NCBI RefSeq assembly: GCF_042678525.1
Contig: NZ_JBHTKY010000007.1
Direction: 5' to 3' (one strand)
DNA from: Sphingobacterium daejeonense
GTDB lineage: Bacteria > Bacteroidota > Bacteroidia > Sphingobacteriales > Sphingobacteriaceae
DNA: 32,000 nucleotides
Below are positions 26,019-32,000 of this stretch, one piece after another. How positions within the stretch are numbered: the stretch's first letter is position 1; every line of letters starts with the position of its first letter. The notes beneath the pieces were generated by a model. That model made no database searches, was not told the DNA's origin, and worked only from the letters and a program-made list of their open reading frames with translations. The position numbers and the translations under genes were made by a program.

Positions 26019-27680
26019 ATGATCAGAGTTTTAATTTGTTTATTGATTTTATGCTTGGGCAATTCAAGTTTTGCACAAGAAACATATAAGATCACTTACC
26101 ATTATTTCAGAGATGGTGCAATGATCAAGCAAGACCCTATAGTGGTGTTTGCAACACGAGGTAAATCCATTGTAACTCGTGAAAGTCAAGTTTCAGGTCA
26201 ACCAAGATATCCCTTAGAAGTCTCTAGTTATGATTATACGAAGGATCTGGTTTATAGAATTTCTTATTTGTCTGATTCCAAGATGATCAGCACAGTTGAC
26301 AGTAATACGTTAAAAAAGTATAAGTATGAAGATGAAGGTCAAGGAAAAGAGATTCTGAAACACAAAACTAAGAAGGCAGTGACTTCGGTTAATTCTAACA
26401 AGATTGAATTATTATATACGGATGAATTGAAGATCAATGCTGCTCCAAACGATCTAGGTCAAACCATGGGGTTGGTTTTAGAGTATCGCCGAAATGGCAA
26501 TTCTGGCTTAGTCGCCGCTTCAATTGAAAAGTTAAAATCATGGCCAAAGGATCTTCCTCAAATTAATGAGAGTAACCTTTTGGATGAGTTAAGTTATCGG
26601 GATGTATTATGGAAGAGCAAATTTATTCAGATTCCTATTTTTCAGGATGCACAGATTTGTTTCCAACCGGGTATTAAGTCAGATTCTATTCTGCGATTTG
26701 CTGAAGGAACCGTCATCATGAAAAAGGTAAAAGTTCCTTCGGTTGAGAATGGAGCTCAAGCATTTATTCAGCTGATTGAAAAATCTAATGGAGATGCTTA
26801 TGATAGGACGGGTTCTGTTTTCCTAATATCCGAGGATCAAAAGACCACATTTTTAGATGGCATGAAAAACGGTATGGAAACTTTGCCAGCTTATATAGAT
26901 TCTGCAGGTACGAAATATCCTGGAATGGTACGGACAGATGGTTTTTCGCCGGTTTTGGAACTGATGAGATTTTTTACGCCTTTTGGAGTTTCACATTTCA
27001 ATGATAGGCTGAAATTAAAAGGGAAAACTTGGCAAGATAGCGTGATTTATAGACAAGATGTATCTGAGTTTTTATCGGTTATGGCTGGTAAAGAAATCTA
27101 CATAGGTACATACATAGGGAACTATGACAAAGGTGGACATAAAGTAAGTTTAGAGTTAACCATACATCCCGGAGGTTCGAATTATGCAGATGGCATGAAA
27201 ATCCTTCCACTTTTCAATACTACAAATGTTATGGAAATGGGAGGTCAGACTTATCCAACAATGTTTGCATTTGAGAAAGGATTGGAACTGAAATTCAATG
27301 TGCCAAATGATATAAAAGGAGCTAAATTACGATATATCACTACTGGCCATGGAGGTTGGGGCAATGGAGATGAGTTTGTACCAAAACCTAACCGCATATT
27401 TCTGGATGGTACTTTAAAAACGCAATTTACTCCTTGGAGGCTGGATTGTGGAAGCTATAGGTTGTACAATCCTGTAAGCGGGAATTTTGACGATGGTTTA
27501 TCTTCTTCAGACTTGAGCCGTTCGAATTGGTGCCCGGGAACCATTACAAACCCAGTATTTATAGAATTGGGAGATTTGGCCGCTGGAGAGCATACCATTC
27601 GAATTCAAATTCCTCAGGGACCTAAAGAAGGAGAGAGCAGCAGTTTCTGGAATGTCAGTGGCGCACTGGTCTATCAATAA
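26019..27680 (+). CDS. Secreted PNGase F-like (peptide-N-glycosidase F type II-like) protein
   Basis: Signal peptide MIRVLICLLILCLGNSSFA. The C-terminal region LRYITTGHGGWGNGDEF....DCGSYRLYNP......SRSNWCPGTITNPVFIEL parallels PNGase F (RTTISGWGHA..GCAEW...GCSANPINNQ...RAGWCPGMAVPTRIDVL). At 553 aa it fits the larger type II forms. Confidence 0.6.
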   Translation: MIRVLICLLILCLGNSSFAQETYKITYHYFRDGAMIKQDPIVVFATRGKSIVTRESQVSGQPRYPLEVSSYDYTKDLVYRISYLSDSKMISTVDSNTLKKYKYEDEGQGKEILKHKTKKAVTSVNSNKIELLYTDELKINAAPNDLGQTMGLVLEYRRNGNSGLVAASIEKLKSWPKDLPQINESNLLDELSYRDVLWKSKFIQIPIFQDAQICFQPGIKSDSILRFAEGTVIMKKVKVPSVENGAQAFIQLIEKSNGDAYDRTGSVFLISEDQKTTFLDGMKNGMETLPAYIDSAGTKYPGMVRTDGFSPVLELMRFFTPFGVSHFNDRLKLKGKTWQDSVIYRQDVSEFLSVMAGKEIYIGTYIGNYDKGGHKVSLELTIHPGGSNYADGMKILPLFNTTNVMEMGGQTYPTMFAFEKGLELKFNVPNDIKGAKLRYITTGHGGWGNGDEFVPKPNRIFLDGTLKTQFTPWRLDCGSYRLYNPVSGNFDDGLSSSDLSRSNWCPGTITNPVFIELGDLAAGEHTIRIQIPQGPKEGESSSFWNVSGALVYQ

Positions 27681-27705
27681 AATTTCGAAAATGTAATAGG
27701 CGTTT

Positions 27706-28581
27706 TTAAAGCGCCTTTTTTTGTGCTATTGGGAGTTTGCATCCCAATTGTTCATTCAGTTCTTTTACAAATTCAGTAGAAAGAAAAGGCGTTTCGGGGT
27801 CAATCTTTTGGTGTACAAAAAAATAAACTTGCTTTAAACCTGCTTCTTTCCATTCCTTTATTTTAGTAACCCATTCAGATAATCTAAGCTTATCGATTAC
27901 ATCAGTTGAAGAAACAAACCTAATAAAAGCAACAGGTGTTGTCAATTGGAAATTTAACATATCTCGGCGACCCGGTGTGTCAACAATAATGTTCGTGGTA
28001 TTCGTTTTCTTTAAGAGCTTAAGGTATTTGTTTAATGTTTGTTCGTCATTGTACCACTCCTCATGCCTTACTTCAAATGCTAGAGGATAACCTTTGGGAA
28101 ATCTATTCAAGAAACCTTCAAGTCTGTCAAATGCTTTAGGTCTAAAGTTTTCTGGCATTTGAATAAATCCCATGCCTAATTTCTCTTCAAATAAGACCGT
28201 TGAATCTACAAATGCAGCCACTTTTTCAACCGTATTATTTAATCGGGAATAATGACTGATACTGTTTGTGAATTTAGGACAAAACTTAAAATCATCTGAA
28301 GTTCTGTTTTTCCAAATCAGAACCTGCTCCTTACTCGGAGACCTGTAAAACGTACCATTGAATTCTACGGAATTAAATTCTTCAGAATAATACCGCAATT
28401 CGTCTTTAGTTCCTCTTGGGTAGAAACCTTTAAGGTCGGCTTTAGACCATTTGGGATAGCCAATATTTATTTCGAAACCTTCATCACTTTTATATTGATT
28501 CAAGAATTGAATAGTTTCTTTTGGAGTTTCAGGCAAAGAAAAATCTATTTGACTTGGGTCTTCTACTTTTCCGAATTTCAT
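27706..28581 (-). CDS. DUF72 (YecE/UPF0759) family protein
   Basis: GYPKWSKADLKGFYPRGTKDELRYYSEEFNSVEFNGTFYRSP....W...TSDDFKFCPKF...ISH matches the DUF72 N-terminal signature. Confidence 0.75.
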   Translation of the reverse strand: MKFGKVEDPSQIDFSLPETPKETIQFLNQYKSDEGFEINIGYPKWSKADLKGFYPRGTKDELRYYSEEFNSVEFNGTFYRSPSKEQVLIWKNRTSDDFKFCPKFTNSISHYSRLNNTVEKVAAFVDSTVLFEEKLGMGFIQMPENFRPKAFDRLEGFLNRFPKGYPLAFEVRHEEWYNDEQTLNKYLKLLKKTNTTNIIVDTPGRRDMLNFQLTTPVAFIRFVSSTDVIDKLRLSEWVTKIKEWKEAGLKQVYFFVHQKIDPETPFLSTEFVKELNEQLGCKLPIAQKKAL

Positions 28582-28614
28582 AAGCTATTTGTTGAGCAGC
28601 TAATATAAGGTATT

Positions 28615-28653
28615 TAAAAAGAAAGCCATTTCTGAGCTTCAGAAATGGCTTTC
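28615..28653 (-). terminator. Rho-independent terminator downstream of the GH43 gene (15-bp stem GAAAGCCATTTCTGA/TCAGAAATGGCTTTC; T-run on the minus strand)
   Basis: Read directly. On the minus strand the hairpin is followed by CTTTTTAAA. Confidence 0.75.
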
Positions 28654-28671
28654 TTATGGATATCATTCTGT

Positions 28672-29631
28672 TTATTTTAAAACATGCTTAACGCCTTCAA
28701 AAGTCATTTTTACAGGCTTTATATGTCCATTTTCATCAAAAATCATTTCATCTATACAGGTTTCTCGTTCAAACGATTTTTCTTTGTCAAGAGGTCTTCT
28801 GTGGTAGACAATATAATATTTATCTTCATTGGGGATCTTAATCACTGAATGATGACCAGCGCCTTTAGCAACATTTGGGTCTTTTTCTAGAATTGTACCT
28901 ATTCTATTAAAAGGTCCCAGGGGATTGTCGGCAATAGCATAGGCAACTTTATAATCTGGACCAGTCCATCCCCCTTCTGACCACATGAAGTAGTATTTTC
29001 CATCTTTAATAAACATCGTTGGCCCTTCTACATAGTTTTCGGGAGTAACTTCCTTATAAATAGTTCCATCCTCAAATGGTACTAAGCTTTTAAAATCATC
29101 AGCTAATTTCACCACATTACAATGACCCCAGCCGCCATAAAACATATAATGCTGACCATCCTTGTCTCTAAATACATACTGGTCTATGGGTTGAGCACCA
29201 TGTACGATATCATTTATCAGGGGTTTTCCCAATAAATCCTTGTATGGTCCTTCTGGTCTATCAGCAACAGCTACACCAATACCACCTATTTCACCTTCGT
29301 GAACATCATTGGCTGCAAAAAAGAAATAATATTTTCCACCTTTTTCAATTACACTTGGTGCCCACATTGCTTTTTCAGCCCATTTCACTTCCTTATTGTC
29401 AATAATACTTGGATGTTTCTTCCAGTTTACCAAATCTTTTGATGAAAAGGCATCAAAATGAGTCTGTTGCTCATAAGGAGCTGAATATGTTGGGAAAATC
29501 CAATATTCATTATTATAAATTATAGCTTCAGGATCAGCGTACCATCCTTTGAATACAGGATTCTGTTGAGCCTCACAATTACTGGTGAACAACAAGCCGA
29601 TAGTCGTGAAAGAAAATAATATGTTTTTCAT
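28672..29631 (-). CDS. Glycoside hydrolase family 43 protein (secreted; arabinanase/xylosidase-type 5-bladed propeller)
   Basis: Signal peptide, then NPVFKGWYADPEAIIYNNEYWIFPT (the GH43 catalytic Asp context), followed by WAPSVIEKGGKYYFFF, YVEGPTMFIKDGKYYFMWS (catalytic Glu context) and HHSVI. Confidence 0.85.
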   Translation of the reverse strand: MKNILFSFTTIGLLFTSNCEAQQNPVFKGWYADPEAIIYNNEYWIFPTYSAPYEQQTHFDAFSSKDLVNWKKHPSIIDNKEVKWAEKAMWAPSVIEKGGKYYFFFAANDVHEGEIGGIGVAVADRPEGPYKDLLGKPLINDIVHGAQPIDQYVFRDKDGQHYMFYGGWGHCNVVKLADDFKSLVPFEDGTIYKEVTPENYVEGPTMFIKDGKYYFMWSEGGWTGPDYKVAYAIADNPLGPFNRIGTILEKDPNVAKGAGHHSVIKIPNEDKYYIVYHRRPLDKEKSFERETCIDEMIFDENGHIKPVKMTFEGVKHVLK

Positions 29632-29721
29632 TTAAAGTAACAGGTTTATGAAGCTTGAAATTAAGAATAATTATTGAAATAATATCCTATCCTAATTGGT
29701 TTTAGCAAGAATGTTACGAAT

Positions 29722-29750
29722 TAAAAAAGGTATAACTCCTCGTTATACCT
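29722..29750 (-). terminator. Rho-independent terminator downstream of the NTF2-like gene (AGGTATAAC/GTTATACCT stem; TTTTTT on the minus strand)
   Basis: Read directly: a 9-bp stem, a 5-nt loop and an A6 run on plus, which is T6 on minus after the hairpin. Confidence 0.75.
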
Positions 29751-29787
29751 TCAGATAAAAAACTATTAAACTAAACTTATGAAATAT

Positions 29788-30225
29788 CTATTTTCCAGGA
29801 TAAGTAACCGTTACATTACTGATTTTCCAACCATCTTTGCTGTTGCAAAGAGTGACGTAATCAAACCTTTGAAATTGTCCGAAATCGGTTGTAATTTTTA
29901 CTATACTGCACTCTTCGTTTTTTTCAACAAAAGCATATTCTGTTTCAGCATTTAACTTAACACCTTTATTTTTCTTTAAATATTCGATCAATGCTGTGCG
30001 ACCGATCATTTCACGTTGACCATTGTTTGGAGTTGCATATTTAAAATCATCGGTAAAAAGATGCTTAAGCAAAGCGGTCTCACCGTTATTAGTAGCATCG
30101 ATGTAATGGTCGATAATAGTTTCTACCTTAATGAATTTTACCGGTTCTGGTTTTGTATTTGCGAATACAAATGAACTTAAAAGAGTAAAAATTGTAGTTG
30201 CGATTAGAGTGATTAGCGTTTTCAT
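29788..30225 (-). CDS. Secreted NTF2-like (SnoaL/lumazine-binding-like) small protein
   Basis: Signal peptide MKTLITLIATTIFTLLSSFVFA. It is ~120 aa mature, with IDHYIDATNNGETALLKHLFTDDF... and a C-terminal ..DGWKISNVTVTY, typical of NTF2-fold proteins. Family-level guess. Confidence 0.45.
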   Translation of the reverse strand: MKTLITLIATTIFTLLSSFVFANTKPEPVKFIKVETIIDHYIDATNNGETALLKHLFTDDFKYATPNNGQREMIGRTALIEYLKKNKGVKLNAETEYAFVEKNEECSIVKITTDFGQFQRFDYVTLCNSKDGWKISNVTVTYPGK

Positions 30226-30473
30226 GACTTATAATTTTTTTGTGATTGATTATGTTAATTGTTTGATTCAAAGGTATATGTAATATCAAATCGCGAACAT
30301 AGAGACTAGGCAAGTCTCTTTTATAACTCGGTAAAGACCAATATTAATTCGGTGAAAACTTGTGGAATTATTAATCTTCGGTGAAAAAAAATAATTTTTG
30401 AAAATTATAGTATCTGTGGAACACAAAATACTGTGTAGACAAAGAACTTGTTTTTGCAATGGTTAAGAATATC

Positions 30474-30508
30474 TAAAAAAGAAAAGCTGCCAGAAATTCC
30501 GGCAGCTT
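30474..30508 (-). terminator. Rho-independent terminator downstream of the ygiD-like gene (AAGCTGCC/GGCAGCTT stem; TTTTCTTTTTT on the minus strand)
   Basis: Read directly: an 8-bp stem, a 9-nt loop and a T-rich tail on the minus strand. Confidence 0.75.
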
Positions 30509-30537
30509 AGGTAAAAGTAATAGGTAGTGTGATATCT

Positions 30538-31431
30538 TTATCCGATTTTAAATGATGTCATCGTCAATGCACCAGCTACTGCTGCATCATTGAAAATCAT
30601 CAAATCTTCGTTTTTTTCTTGTAAAGCCAATGCATATATCATGGGTAAATAATGCTCTGGGGTAGGAATCGCCATATCAAAGGCATGACCTTGTTTATCG
30701 AAATCTATTAAAGGTTGGTGATTACCATCCAAAATATAACCTTTCATTTTTTCGTTTGCTTCCTGAGCCCAATCAAATGCATAGCCTACAGTATTCAAAT
30801 GTTTCCATGACACCATTCTTAAGTTGTGGACATTATTACCAGAACCAATGATCAAAACTCCTTTTTTACGCAATGCTGCTAATTCCTTGGCCAAAGCATA
30901 ATGATGTGAAGCAGGCATGCTATAATCAATACTCATTTGGATAATGGGAACATCTGCATGAGGATACAAATGTTTCACAACAGACCATGAGCCATGATCT
31001 AAACCCCACTTGTCATCCAAATGAACATCTTTGCTCGTAACGATATCCTGGACAGCAGCCGCTAATTCTGGAGATCCTGGTGCTGGATATTGAACATCAA
31101 ATAGTTCTTGTGGAAACCCTCCAAAGTCATGGATGGTAACCGGATTTTCCATAGCTGTAACAAAGGTACCTTTGGTTTCCCAATGAGCTGAAATAACCAA
31201 TATTGCCGTAGGTTTTTCAATTTCCTTACTTATGTTCTTAAATCCCTGTACAAATTCGTTATCCTCGATGGCATTCATAGGGCTTCCATGCCCAAGGAAT
31301 AAAACCGGCATATTGCTCGTATTATTCAAACCATCAATAAATTTATTTAATGATTTCAGTTTAACGGCAGCTCCTGCCAATGGCAATGTCGCTGCTGCTG
31401 CTAAAAATTGTTTTCTAGTCATATCATCCAT
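30538..31431 (-). CDS. ygiD: 4,5-DOPA dioxygenase extradiol-like (YgiD; class III extradiol dioxygenase, LigB family) with an N-terminal Tat-like signal
   Basis: MPVLFLGHGSPMNAIEDNEF, ILVISAHW, DHG.WSV and VLIIGSGNNVHNL are YgiD-family motifs. The N-terminal MTRKQFLAAAATLPLAGAAV resembles a twin-arginine-type leader (RK variant). Confidence 0.8.
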   Translation of the reverse strand: MDDMTRKQFLAAAATLPLAGAAVKLKSLNKFIDGLNNTSNMPVLFLGHGSPMNAIEDNEFVQGFKNISKEIEKPTAILVISAHWETKGTFVTAMENPVTIHDFGGFPQELFDVQYPAPGSPELAAAVQDIVTSKDVHLDDKWGLDHGSWSVVKHLYPHADVPIIQMSIDYSMPASHHYALAKELAALRKKGVLIIGSGNNVHNLRMVSWKHLNTVGYAFDWAQEANEKMKGYILDGNHQPLIDFDKQGHAFDMAIPTPEHYLPMIYALALQEKNEDLMIFNDAAVAGALTMTSFKIG

Positions 31432-31519
31432 AATGATAAACTCCTTTCCAGTTTATAATACAAATATCGGAAGGAAAGGAGAGTAGGAGGTATGAAAATT
31501 TGGAAGAAAAGTATAAAAA

Positions 31520-32000
31520 TTAGGAAATGAGTTTTCCCATTTCCTCCCTAAACTCTGTTGGGGTTTGGCCAGATTTCTTTTTGAAAACACTTGTGAAGTA
31601 TGCCTTGTCAGAATAACCAAGTTCAAAGCCTATCTCGGATATAGTTTTATTGGTGCTAATCAACAAATTCTTTGCTTCTATAAGTTTTCTTGTTTCAATA
31701 ATTTCGGAAACTGTTTGTTGCAAGATGCTTTGCGTGATGCTGTTTAAATTTCTGGCGCTCATAAACAATTTTTCAGCATAATAATTTACACCTTCCGGAC
31801 GCTTGTAATTCTCTTCAAGAATATTCAAAAAGTTCTTAAAGGTGATATCCTGATTTTTATAGAGGTTTTGATAGTCTGGGAATTGTTTTTGCCTTTCAGA
31901 TTCTATCATGGCAAATAATGTTGTTAATAGTTCCCTGACAACCGCCAACTCAGGTTTTGCCTGCGTCATTTCCTCTTGGATAATACTGCATAGTAAGTTT
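31520..32000 (-). CDS. AraC-family transcriptional regulator, C-terminal HTH part; N-terminus lies beyond the window
   Basis: HTH_18 signature (YYAEKLFMSARNLNSITQ....TVSEIIETRKLIEAKNLL..TNKTISEIGFELGYSDKAYFTSVFKKKSGQTPTEF). The reading frame stays open from 31969 to the window end. Confidence 0.8.
   Translation of the reverse strand, partial: NLLCSIIQEEMTQAKPELAVVRELLTTLFAMIESERQKQFPDYQNLYKNQDITFKNFLNILEENYKRPEGVNYYAEKLFMSARNLNSITQSILQQTVSEIIETRKLIEAKNLLISTNKTISEIGFELGYSDKAYFTSVFKKKSGQTPTEFREEMGKLIS

Noticed and set aside
7297-31747. Other nested ORFs (7297-7536, 8876-9121, 9649-9867, 12414-12711, 13719-14826, 15590-18340, 19425-19634, 21408-21921, 23473-23712, 24392-24719, 25494-25848, 30128-30313, 31232-31486, 31565-31747)
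   Set aside because: Each overlaps a confidently assigned gene on the same or the opposite strand and shows no family resemblance. 21408-21921 spans the nusA 3' end and the spacer but is antisense and AT-rich.
1-32000. tRNA, rRNA, tmRNA, transposase/IS, integrase, prophage or defence-island gene content
   Set aside because: Nothing recognisable by eye: no GTTCGAATC-type T-arm contexts in intergenic regions, no rRNA-like stretches and no recombinase or transposase motifs in any listed ORF. A tRNAscan/Infernal run would be needed to exclude small RNAs formally.

Overview
AT-rich chromosomal segment whose proteins look Bacteroidota, Sphingobacteriia-like (taxonomy inferred from protein character only). 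Most of it is ordinary core genome. It holds a probably 5'-truncated MprF-like lipid aminoacylase, a TPR/transmembrane/AraC one-component regulator, idi, a threonine aldolase, DUF937 and DUF2891 proteins, and rpoN (sigma-54). It also holds a class A PBP, a 1040-aa outer-membrane protein (HExxH + PD40 propeller + Omp85 barrel), a divergent GIY-YIG / XRE-S24 pair and rimP-nusA-infB. The right end carries a flavodoxin-reductase-type [2Fe-2S] oxidoreductase, a PNGase F-like protein, DUF72, GH43, an NTF2-like protein, a YgiD-type extradiol dioxygenase and a truncated AraC regulator. I found no rRNA, tRNA, CRISPR array, transposase or integrase, and no convincing multi-gene novel system. The most unusual locus is 6468-6989. 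There, a ~480-bp micro-cassette carrying only an orphan HicB-type antitoxin and a GC-rich, CpG-rich non-coding block with three 19-nt repeats sits at the stop codon of a hypothetical gene. It is bracketed by a perfect 40-bp direct repeat that regenerates that gene's 3' end. A second recurring signal is arrays of heptamers (CTTATGT/CTACTGT, reverse complement AGACAnn) that start flush against the stop codons of three genes, together with a duplicated 35-nt unit. Smaller observations: the only intrinsic-terminator hairpin near rimP lies between a Bacteroidetes-type promoter and the rimP start codon, which suggests an attenuator. There are also candidate operator palindromes, direct repeats and unexplained intergenic islands. 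All calls come from reading the ORF translations and the nucleotide sequence, with no database search.
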